Positions 1 to 6,736 of a stretch of 19,614 nucleotides of DNA are shown in pieces; within the stretch, counting starts at the first letter, position 1, and each line of letters starts with the position of its first letter. The notes below the pieces were generated by a model that did not search any database, was not told where the DNA came from, and saw only the letters and a list, made by a program, of their open reading frames with translations. The DNA lies in the NCBI GenBank assembly GCA_051652765.1, contig JBOFUV010000094.1, forward strand, positions 1 through 19,614, written 5' to 3'. Made by a program: the position numbers and the translations under genes. Source of the DNA: Microcoleaceae cyanobacterium (GTDB taxonomy: Bacteria; Cyanobacteriota; Cyanobacteriia; Cyanobacteriales; Microcoleaceae).

Positions 1-1
1 T

Positions 2-157
2 TGTCATGGATTCAGCTTTTTCTCTGAAGAAATCAAGCCTCTTTAAGTTTTCAGCTCTGAGCTTTTTGCTTTTACCCGCCAAAGATCCGCCAATAGCAAT
101 GAGCATCCAGGCCAATTCACGCTTTCTCTCTTCATCCAAATCAACAAATTTACTCAT
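2..157 (-). CDS. Hypothetical protein, partial (runs off left edge; MSKFVDLDEERKRELAWMLIAIGG...)
   Basis: ATG at 157 overlaps the end of 150..338 (ATGAGTAA coupling). The frame is open to the window edge. Not in the ORF track because it is truncated. Confidence 0.55.
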   Translation of the reverse strand, partial: MSKFVDLDEERKRELAWMLIAIGGSLAGKSKKLRAENLKRLDFFREKAESMT

Positions 158-338
158 CGGTTTCCTCTTCTTCTATTACCTTGAGATCAAACTCAAACCT
201 TGCCTCTTTAATCCCACCAGTAAGAATATTCTCGATCATCTCAGCAATTCCATCCGCAAGCTCTCTTATAGTGTGACTACCTTTAATTGGAGCAAATTCT
301 TTAATCAAAGCTCCAGACCTGATAACTATTTTTGACAT
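150..338 (-). CDS. Small hypothetical phage-like protein
   Basis: 62 aa ORF overlapping its neighbours at both ends in a co-oriented minus-strand operon. Confidence 0.6.
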   Translation of the reverse strand: MSKIVIRSGALIKEFAPIKGSHTIRELADGIAEMIENILTGGIKEARFEFDLKVIEEEETDE

Positions 339-580
339 CCTCTAATCCTCTTCATTTGCTTAACAACTTTCAATCCAAATTCCATGCCCTGAGCCCTTTC
401 AGGGCTACAGCGCTTTCTTGAAGTGTATCCAATCAAAGCATTCCAGAATCCAGTTGTCCATTGATGATGGTCTGCTAGTGAGTTCCTAACTGGATTAATT
501 GCCCAAATGAAGCAATAGAATTCATGATTGTCATAACCCGTCAAAGTTGGCTGATCGCCCTTGATTTTTTTCCTAGCCAT
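326..580 (-). CDS. Hypothetical protein (likely start MARKK at 580 rather than 652)
   Basis: The ORF track gives 326..652, but a terminator-like hairpin occupies 614-636, so the downstream ATG at 580 is more plausible. Confidence 0.55.
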   Translation of the reverse strand: MARKKIKGDQPTLTGYDNHEFYCFIWAINPVRNSLADHHQWTTGFWNALIGYTSRKRCSPERAQGMEFGLKVVKQMKRIRGCQK

Positions 581-599
581 AAACTGCAAACTACTTTTT

Positions 600-636
600 A
601 AAAAAACTACAAGGCCCTCCCACCGGGTGAGAGGGC
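600..636 (-). terminator. Putative rho-independent terminator
   Basis: Hairpin GCCCTC-C-CACC-G-GGTG-A-GAGGGC (614-636) just after the stop of 645..1049, followed on the minus strand by a T-run a few bases downstream. Confidence 0.5.
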
Positions 637-644
637 TGTTGAAA

Positions 645-1049
645 TTAGGCAACTATTGCCAGTGGCATCTCATAGCTTTTAAGCAAACATGAACTGCCGT
701 GAGCAGTAGTAAAGTAATGATTGAGTTCTTCCCAGTCTGAATACTCCTGAGCTTCCATACCATCCCACTCACGACGGTAGAGAAATAACAGCAGGCCGTT
801 AATGTGCTTTTTCAGGGAGTGATTATAGCCTTGGCACAAAACCACCTCAGGCTGATAGCCAAGCTTAGCAACCAGATTAACTGCATCAGTCAGCGATAAG
901 TTGTCCAGGTGATTGATCAAGACGTAGAGGCTAACCTCTCCCTGACTCATGGGCATTAGGTCGTTATGAATCGTTATCGTCATCGTTGATCCGTTCAATG
1001 CATTCATGTCTGTTAGTTTCCTCGTTAAATCGAATAGCGTTTCCTTCAC
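645..1049 (-). CDS. Hypothetical protein
   Basis: 134 aa ORF with GTG start (true start could be an internal Met), co-oriented in the leftward operon. Confidence 0.6.
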   Translation of the reverse strand: MKETLFDLTRKLTDMNALNGSTMTITIHNDLMPMSQGEVSLYVLINHLDNLSLTDAVNLVAKLGYQPEVVLCQGYNHSLKKHINGLLLFLYRREWDGMEAQEYSDWEELNHYFTTAHGSSCLLKSYEMPLAIVA

Positions 1050-1203
1050 GGGACTTGCAGTCCTCTAGCAAAATATTGTGCCCGATCGTGTTGAGCCTTT
1101 CGTCATATTCTTTGACTTTTCGGTATGGGCCAAACTGATCCTCTTCAATTTTCTTGTTGCTCATCAAACAAATTTCCTCATTATGATTTGTGAACGTCAA
1201 CAA
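964..1203 (-). CDS. Small hypothetical protein (start uncertain)
   Basis: Charged 79 aa ORF in the leftward operon; overlaps 645..1049 by 86 bp. Confidence 0.4.
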   Translation of the reverse strand: MLTFTNHNEEICLMSNKKIEEDQFGPYRKVKEYDERLNTIGHNILLEDCKSREGNAIRFNEETNRHECIERINDDDNDS

Positions 1204-1242
1204 CCAGGAACCAGCTTTTAGCTTGCAGCTCCTGGCGCTGAC

Positions 1243-1461
1243 CTATGGCGATCGCCGTTTCCGAGACTCAGCCTTCAACACCTCAGCAGCTAGGGTTTTA
1301 ATCTTAAAAGTCATTTCCCGGCCCCTTGCTTTGAGATCAAACTTGTACCCGCACTTGGGACAATTCGTCAAATTGATGACCATTTCCATTCGACAATTTG
1401 GAACCGGACATTGTTTGAAAACCTGTCCGAATGGACGTACTCGTCTCTTCATAGCGATCAA
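1243..1461 (-). CDS. Small zinc-ribbon protein
   Basis: Two Cys pairs (CPVPNC...CPKCG) and a basic composition. Confidence 0.55.
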   Translation of the reverse strand: MIAMKRRVRPFGQVFKQCPVPNCRMEMVINLTNCPKCGYKFDLKARGREMTFKIKTLAAEVLKAESRKRRSP

Positions 1462-1615
1462 TCATCTCCTCAATTTCAGATGGTGTGTACTCAAACAAAC
1501 GGAACCAAATTAAGGCATATTGCCTGACTTCCTCCTCAGTAAGCTGATAATGGTTGACAATGTTGACGGATAGTTCACCTGACGCTAGACTTAGTTCCAT
1601 GCTTCTTACCTGCAA
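1337..1615 (-). CDS. Small hypothetical protein
   Basis: 92 aa ORF with an amphipathic helical middle (LTEEEVRQYALIWFRLFEYTPSEIEEMI); overlaps 1243..1461. Confidence 0.45.
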   Translation of the reverse strand: MQVRSMELSLASGELSVNIVNHYQLTEEEVRQYALIWFRLFEYTPSEIEEMIDRYEETSTSIRTGFQTMSGSKLSNGNGHQFDELSQVRVQV

Positions 1616-1698
1616 TGAGAGCTGAACAAGGCTGTCTGATTCACAGCCTTAAATTTTTGAGATTTTCCGTTCAATGCATCTGTTTCCTTTGAGGAAGG

Positions 1699-1720
1699 CC
1701 CCCGGCAATCGGGGGTTTTT
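1699..1720 (+). terminator. GC hairpin with T-tract
   Basis: CCCCCG-GCAAT-CGGGGG followed by TTTTT. Confidence 0.5.
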
Positions 1721-1926
1721 CATTGGAAAAAATGCAGATATTCAGAGAATCAAAGTGTTCTGTATTGAACTGCTGGAGCAACGCCCGGTCTTTCTTGATA
1801 ATTCAAGATTTTTCAGGAACGCCCCCGCCGCAAGTGATTGAACGGCAAGGGCAAAGCGGATATGCAGTATACGAACGCTGTAGCTAAAGCTTGGTTCATA
1901 ATTTTCGTCTAGGCTACCTCTCTTTA

Positions 1927-2001
1927 AACTTACACGTGTAAGTTATATAAGTGCTATAGTTGCACGTGTAGACAATTCTGTCAACAAATTTACACGTGTA
2001 A
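1927..2001. promoter_or_regulatory. Triple palindromic operator array in a divergent promoter region
   Basis: Cores TACACGTGTA (1931-1940), TGCACGTGTA (1961-1970) and TACACGTGTA (1991-2000). The first sits in the perfect 18-bp palindrome AACTTACACGTGTAAGTT (1927-1944). An extended -10-like TGCTATAGT (1952-1960, +) and a TTGACA (1979-1984, -) lie between the cores. Confidence 0.75.
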
Positions 2002-2019
2002 TATTTAGGAAGAAGAGTT

Positions 2020-2379
2020 GTGATAGAAGATGAACGAAAAGAAACGAGGGCCAAAGCCAAAAGGGAAAGTCCTTTTCAACCTGAGTCTGGAACCGGAAGC
2101 GAAACAAGCTCTGATAGAGAAAGCTCAGGCAGTGGGGAAAAAGCCATCCGACTTGGTAAACGAGTTCGCCAAATCCGGGTTGCAATCTATGGAATTGGAG
2201 CATTTACTGGGGGAATCATTGAGCAAACGCTTGAGCAGCTTAAAGAGCGTTTGCGAGAATACGACGACTGCATCGTCTGGTACGTGCAGGCCAAGCAAAA
2301 AGCACTAAAACAAATAGAAGCTATGGAGAAGCTTCAGACTGAGTTTGCCGAGAAAATGAGCCAATTTGAAGAAGAATAA
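2020..2379 (+). CDS. Coiled-coil protein overlapping the RHH gene in another frame (start uncertain)
   Basis: The C-terminal half is heptad-like (GGIIEQTLEQLKERLREYDDCIVWYVQAKQKALKQIEAMEKLQ). The stop is followed 10 bp later by a terminator hairpin. Confidence 0.5.
   Translation: MIEDERKETRAKAKRESPFQPESGTGSETSSDRESSGSGEKAIRLGKRVRQIRVAIYGIGAFTGGIIEQTLEQLKERLREYDDCIVWYVQAKQKALKQIEAMEKLQTEFAEKMSQFEEE
2030..2308 (+). CDS. Putative ribbon-helix-helix (CopG/Arc-like) repressor
   Basis: Basic N-terminus, alternating strand VLFNLSL, then two helices (EPEAKQALIEKAQAVG-KKPSDLVNEFAKSG); immediately downstream of the operator array. Confidence 0.6.
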   Translation: MNEKKRGPKPKGKVLFNLSLEPEAKQALIEKAQAVGKKPSDLVNEFAKSGLQSMELEHLLGESLSKRLSSLKSVCENTTTASSGTCRPSKKH

Positions 2380-2388
2380 CCACCCAGC

Positions 2389-2420
2389 AAGCACCTTAAA
2401 TATTTGAGGTGCTTTTGATT
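2389..2420 (+). terminator. Rho-independent terminator
   Basis: AAGCACCTTAAA-TA-TTTGAGGTGCTT stem followed by a T-rich tail directly after the stop at 2379. Confidence 0.65.
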
Positions 2421-2636
2421 TGTCAGGTTCTAGGCTACTTCTCCCAGTGCTGCGATCGCCGGAACTAGCCGGATAAAAATTCGGTGTGTTAGTCAGGTTC
2501 GTTTAAATGTTTATCATTTTTCAACAAACACCGCACCTCACTTAATTCATGATTTAATCTGCTTCATCTCCCCAAGAAATCCTTTCTCTCCAAGAACTGA
2601 CAATGACAACCCAACTTACCTTACCCCTCAGCAATC

Positions 2637-3155
2637 ATGCTTACCACCCCCCCTGCAATCACTAGAGAGTGGGATGAGCCAATCATCATTAAGGCATTGG
2701 AAGAGAATCCCGGCCTCACTCACGAGCAACTCTTAAAGCTCCTCAACCAGGATCGCCCCTCCCCCATTTCCGCCGATCAACTCAGAAGATTTATCTCTCA
2801 ACTCGAAAACGAAGGGAAGGTTGGGCTGTGTCAAACAATTCGTCCCCCAAAAAAAGAAGCACCGAATCAAAGTTTTGGAGGACGAATTAATTTAAGAGTC
2901 CATTGGGCCAAGGCAGGCGGCAAGGCCAAGGGGGATCATAAATATCCCTGGCTGTATGAGGGTAGCAAACCAATTAAATATATCGGAGGTGGAAACGAAA
3001 AAAGTGCGATCGCCCAGGCGCGATCCGAGCTGATCGAAAATTGGATCGTTCAGGGCCTCGGCAAAGATGAGATTATTGCCCTCATTCCTCGTCTTCAAAG
3101 CCAGCTGAAAAAGATGAAGAAGAAGTCTAGGGCTGCGAAAAAGCTCAAAGAATAA
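2637..3155 (+). CDS. Putative DNA-binding protein with N-terminal winged-HTH-like domain
   Basis: IIKALEENPGLTHEQLLKLL...ISADQLRRFISQLENEGKV fits a wHTH pattern; Lys-rich C-terminus. Confidence 0.55.
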   Translation: MLTTPPAITREWDEPIIIKALEENPGLTHEQLLKLLNQDRPSPISADQLRRFISQLENEGKVGLCQTIRPPKKEAPNQSFGGRINLRVHWAKAGGKAKGDHKYPWLYEGSKPIKYIGGGNEKSAIAQARSELIENWIVQGLGKDEIIALIPRLQSQLKKMKKKSRAAKKLKE

Positions 3156-3157
3156 CG

Positions 3158-3166
3158 TGCTATAAT
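3158..3166 (+). promoter_or_regulatory. Extended -10 promoter upstream of the recombinase
   Basis: TGCTATAAT is a consensus TGn-TATAAT element. Confidence 0.55.
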
Positions 3167-3328
3167 GCCGATGTAGAGGGGATTGCAGCCGAAGCGACCC
3201 CTAAAATATTAGAAACGTCTCAAAATGCCCCTTTTAAGCCGTTCACCTACAGTCGAAACAAGCTAGAATGACCTTTTAAGGCTTATAGAATTTTTGCTCT
3301 AGGGCGCTTATCTAGGACATTCAAGTAA

Positions 3329-3904
3329 TTGACAGGCAGAAACCAACAATTACGGCCAAGGGGTGAATACCTGACTCCGCAAGAGATTGAGCGATTACTA
3401 GCGGCTGCCCGCGGCTCCTCAAATCCAGTTCGGGATCAGGCGCTAATCCTGATCGCATTTCGGCATGGTCTTAGACTTAGGGAGGCAGTGGATGAATCTG
3501 GGTTGAGATGGGGACAGATCGATCTCCCATCTGCCCAGCTCCACTGCACCAACCGTCTGAAACACGGGAAAAATAGCGTTCACCCCCTGGCGTTGGATGA
3601 GATGAAATTGTTAAAAAAGCTCAGGCGCGATCGCCCCTGCGATCTCCCGTGGGTGTTTGTCAGCCGGAATTCCCTTCCTCTCTCAGGCAAACAGGCTAAT
3701 CGCATTGTTTCCGGCGCTGGAGAAGCTGCCGGATTTGATTTCCCAATCCATTTCCACATGCTGCGTCATAGCTGCGGTTACGCCCTGGCGAACAAGGGCT
3801 ATGACACTCGCCTGATCCAAGACTGGCTAGGTCACAAAAACATCAAGCACACAGTCATCTATACCGAACTCTCGCCTGAGAGGTTAGCCGGGGTGAGGTT
3901 CTGA
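3329..3904 (+). CDS. Tyrosine recombinase, FimB/FimE-like (catalytic domain only)
   Basis: EYLTPQEIERLL, RD.ALILIAFRHGLR, LKHG, HMLRHSCGYALAN, DTRLIQDWLGHKNIKHTVIY give the R-K-H-x-x-R-H-Y catalytic set. 191 aa, with no N-terminal arm- or core-binding domain. Confidence 0.92.
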   Translation: MTGRNQQLRPRGEYLTPQEIERLLAAARGSSNPVRDQALILIAFRHGLRLREAVDESGLRWGQIDLPSAQLHCTNRLKHGKNSVHPLALDEMKLLKKLRRDRPCDLPWVFVSRNSLPLSGKQANRIVSGAGEAAGFDFPIHFHMLRHSCGYALANKGYDTRLIQDWLGHKNIKHTVIYTELSPERLAGVRF

Positions 3905-4170
3905 TGTGGAAGAATTACGTTGCCATCGGATTTGCAATTCCATCTGGAGCAATATCCGCATTAAAGCTGTTCCCTGTATTTTTTGAGGATAGGGATGAAT
4001 TCATCCAGGCGATCACCTACACCCTGATACCGGACTGGTATTCGCTTTTGCGGGGGCAGCTCTGGCGGGATTGGGAAAAGTCCTGGAAGTTGGGGTTATA
4101 CCTGATTGGGATAAATGGGGTGGCGCTGGCTGTCTGGCTTTTGGTTGGGTGGCTGATCAAGGATGTGTAG
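3904..4170 (+). CDS. Small membrane protein (two hydrophobic segments)
   Basis: TGATG stop/start coupling with the recombinase; hydrophobic N- and C-terminal stretches. Confidence 0.6.
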   Translation: MWKNYVAIGFAIPSGAISALKLFPVFFEDRDEFIQAITYTLIPDWYSLLRGQLWRDWEKSWKLGLYLIGINGVALAVWLLVGWLIKDV

Positions 4171-4217
4171 CTGGTGGAGTCAGGATTGACAAGGTATTTA
4201 TTCTGCCTTGAGTCATG

Positions 4218-5246
4218 TCAAGCATATCTAATTGTCTTACTCACTGGATCTTTATAAAGTTGCCCAGGATTGAGACCCGTAGCAGAGGTAGGAAGATTGA
4301 AGAATTGAATATTCTGGGCTGCTACATTGAAACTCATTACATTTGTCGTATTGTGACTGGCAGCTTGAAATATGTAATTCCCACCACCGTTCCCTTGTCC
4401 AAACTCATAAATTACCTGCTTTCCAGATCCCGAGTTGTTGGTTCCAAAATACCCCCAGCGAAAAAAAACATCTTTCATTTGGACATTTGGAATGTCTGTC
4501 CAGATCAAGGCATAATTTGCATCCGAGCTTCCGATGATCGATCCTCCCCCGGGAAGGTTGACGCTATTTGTGAAAATTTTCCCATCTCCCATTCCAATCC
4601 CCGGCAAAAGAAAAGCCCCAGTTGTACTAGAAGTTGCCTGAGTTGTGTTTGTCAAAGAAAGTTCGGGAGAGGTTATCAACCCGGTAAAAGTGGGACTAGC
4701 CAAAGGAGCCTTGTTAGCAAGGCTCGCAGTCAATCCTATGATCTGAGAGATTGACAGCGCAGAGATTCTCTCTGCATCAAGAGTCCCTGTGGTGATCGCT
4801 GCAGCGTCATGCCCATGGGCCTCCGGGGTGAAAACCTTTGGTTTCCCGGTAACAGCAGTCCAATCATGTCCATGCGCTGCCGGAAGAAAAGTCGTTGGTT
4901 TCCCGGTAACAGCAGTCCAATCATGCCCATGCGCTGCCGGAAGAAAAGTCGTTGGTTTCCCGGTAACAGCAGTCCAATCATGCCCATGCGCTGCCGGGGC
5001 GAAAGTCGTTGGTTTCCCGGTGAGGGAGTCCCAGGTGTGATCATGCGCTGCCGGGGCGAAAGTCGTTGGTTTCCCGGTGAGGGAGTCCCAGGTGTGATCA
5101 TGCGCTGCCGGAGCGAAAGTCGTTGGTTTCCCGGTGAGGGAGTCCCAGGTGTGATCATGCGCTGCCGGAGCGAAAGTCGTTGGCTTCCCAGTGATGGAAT
5201 CCCAGTTAAGATATTGTTCAGGAAAGAATCCAGTAACTATCGGCAT
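4218..5246 (-). CDS. Phage fibre / spike-like protein with HxH repeats
   Basis: Seven W-x-x-[ILV]-TGKP...AH-x-H repeats, then ITTGTLDAERI and IIGLTASLANKAPLASPTFTG, motifs typical of phage tail fibres; beta-rich C-terminus. Confidence 0.8.
   Translation of the reverse strand: MPIVTGFFPEQYLNWDSITGKPTTFAPAAHDHTWDSLTGKPTTFAPAAHDHTWDSLTGKPTTFAPAAHDHTWDSLTGKPTTFAPAAHGHDWTAVTGKPTTFLPAAHGHDWTAVTGKPTTFLPAAHGHDWTAVTGKPKVFTPEAHGHDAAAITTGTLDAERISALSISQIIGLTASLANKAPLASPTFTGLITSPELSLTNTTQATSSTTGAFLLPGIGMGDGKIFTNSVNLPGGGSIIGSSDANYALIWTDIPNVQMKDVFFRWGYFGTNNSGSGKQVIYEFGQGNGGGNYIFQAASHNTTNVMSFNVAAQNIQFFNLPTSATGLNPGQLYKDPVSKTIRYA
4806..5204 (-). repeat. Coding tandem repeat, 7 x 57 bp (19 aa)
   Basis: Four WDS[IL]TGKPTTFAPAAH units and three WTAVTGKP units; near-identical at DNA level within each subtype. 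Confidence 0.95.
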
Positions 5247-5766
5247 GTTATTTAATCCAGGAACAGGCGGTTCAATTACATCAGACGAGCTGGAAGGGCA
5301 GTTTTACACCCTTGTATCAAAATGCCAAAGGCTCGAACTCCAACCAGCCATCAACCCCAAAAACGTGAACATCATCAATTTTACGATTCGAGATGATGGC
5401 ATCTGTTCGGGTAGCGCTAATATTCCCGCCTTGATTGTAAATGAAGGTGGCAAAACCATTATCGATTATCCAGATCCGTTCGTTGCTGCTGGATGGGTTG
5501 AAGGATCTGGCGGGGATGGACAGGCCCTCAATTATGCCCATGCCTTAGCTCAACGCGCTGAGCTTCTTGCTCGAGCTGAAAGAAATCCCATAACAAATCC
5601 TCAAGCCGTAACAAATCGGTTCGGCGAATTTTCTTGGACAGTTGAGGCTTTCTTGTCAGCTCCAGTCACTCACAACGGTATCCTTAATTTTAGTTTTGCC
5701 GTTCCCACAGAGGTGACAAATTCTGGAGATGGAGAAACCCGCAAAGGGGCTATCTATCTTCCTTAA
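5245..5766 (+). CDS. Putative virion protein made of two tandem copies of the ~80-aa domain encoded at 11200..11442
   Basis: Start MLFNPGTGG at ATG 5245 preferred over 5191. Visible similarity to the 80-aa ORF (LE.Q, NP.N, DG..S.S..IP, GK). Confidence 0.65.
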   Translation: MLFNPGTGGSITSDELEGQFYTLVSKCQRLELQPAINPKNVNIINFTIRDDGICSGSANIPALIVNEGGKTIIDYPDPFVAAGWVEGSGGDGQALNYAHALAQRAELLARAERNPITNPQAVTNRFGEFSWTVEAFLSAPVTHNGILNFSFAVPTEVTNSGDGETRKGAIYLP

Positions 5767-5776
5767 TCGCTAATCT

Positions 5777-6730
5777 TTAGAAACCCGATAAGGTAAACGT
5801 TCCCCCGGTGTAGGGGTCAACATTTGCCACATAGGATTTAATGATTGCTGTATCGTATTGGCCTGTGGATGTAGATTTGGCAACAAACCGCCCGAACAGA
5901 TTTAAAAAATTTGGGTGAAGCTTTATCTTCCCAGCGCTGACCATTCCCTCATACCCGTCTTTCGTGAATTCTCCCACGATGGAGCGCTGGATGTTGTTGT
6001 CTTCCGGGTTGATGATGTCACTAGCAACCGTAGCTACAAATTTGAGAATCCTTGGTAACGAGATCCACTGAAAATTCAGAGGGGCAGTCAGGTCATAAGC
6101 AGATCCCTCGACTGTGACGGAAAATTCATATTCTGTTTTCGGAGCAAAGCTAGTGAGGAATACAGCTTTCCATCCTGTTAATCCCTGTTCTGAGTCCAAA
6201 AAGGTAGTCATGTTGTCAACAAAAGCAGAGGTTGAGTTGTCGTAGTAAGGGGCTAGAAAATCATCCCGATTAGCTCCAGTCCCGATCAATAGTTGCAGTC
6301 CTAGTGGGGTAGGCATCTCATCAAGTCCTATTTCAAAGTTAATCGTAAAGTTCGATCTGACGATAACATCAACCGTAGCCCCGATCTCTCCCTGAATATA
6401 AACCGTCTGTTTATTGAATTGCTCCTTTAAGCTTGCTCCTGGCATTAGGGTGATGGGAACAGTGGAATTTCCCACAAAAATTAGTAGGGGCTGATCGGTG
6501 GTATTCGTAATCCAGATTTCCCTTGCGTAGGTTTTGTCAGTGATCGCCTCTCCAGGGGGAATAACTATCTGTTTAGTGCCGTCTAAGGTGATGGTTCCTC
6601 CTTTGATTTTGTCCAAGTCAGGAGTGCCGATAATCCCTTCAAAATTAAGGTTGCCCAATTTGTCAAGGATTTGCAATAAAATATCCTCACAAGGGCAGTC
6701 ACCCCCATTGCTCCCAATAAATTTAAACAT
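5777..6730 (-). CDS. Putative structural protein (beta-rich)
   Basis: 317 aa ORF filling the space between plus-strand genes; contains IWITNTTDQPLLIFVG...LMPGASL. Confidence 0.65.
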   Translation of the reverse strand: MFKFIGSNGGDCPCEDILLQILDKLGNLNFEGIIGTPDLDKIKGGTITLDGTKQIVIPPGEAITDKTYAREIWITNTTDQPLLIFVGNSTVPITLMPGASLKEQFNKQTVYIQGEIGATVDVIVRSNFTINFEIGLDEMPTPLGLQLLIGTGANRDDFLAPYYDNSTSAFVDNMTTFLDSEQGLTGWKAVFLTSFAPKTEYEFSVTVEGSAYDLTAPLNFQWISLPRILKFVATVASDIINPEDNNIQRSIVGEFTKDGYEGMVSAGKIKLHPNFLNLFGRFVAKSTSTGQYDTAIIKSYVANVDPYTGGTFTLSGF

Positions 6731-6736
6731 AATAAA

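Noticed and set aside
6..2203. ORFs 6..335 (+), 1190..1513 (+) and 1943..2203 (-)
   Set aside because: Antisense to coherent, coupled operons and with non-protein-like composition.
3329..3904. Calling the recombinase the element's integrase, or fimB/xerC
   Set aside because: It lacks N-terminal binding domains, sits mid-element, and there is no fimbrial or dif context, so only a family-level call is supported.
4806..5204. CRISPR array or DGR template/variable repeat
   Set aside because: The units are contiguous 57-bp in-frame coding repeats with no unique spacers. No cas gene or reverse transcriptase is present, and no adenine-specific variation is seen.
5191..5244. Upstream GTG start for the 5245..5766 gene
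   Set aside because: It would overlap the fibre gene by 56 bp. Similarity to the 80-aa paralogue and the internal repeat begins at about MLFNPGTGG (5245).
4215..5255. Alternative-frame ORFs 4215..4754, 4343..4537, 4736..5158, 4789..5040, 4809..5255
   Set aside because: Shadows of the fibre gene; several stay open only because the repeat unit lacks stops in those frames.
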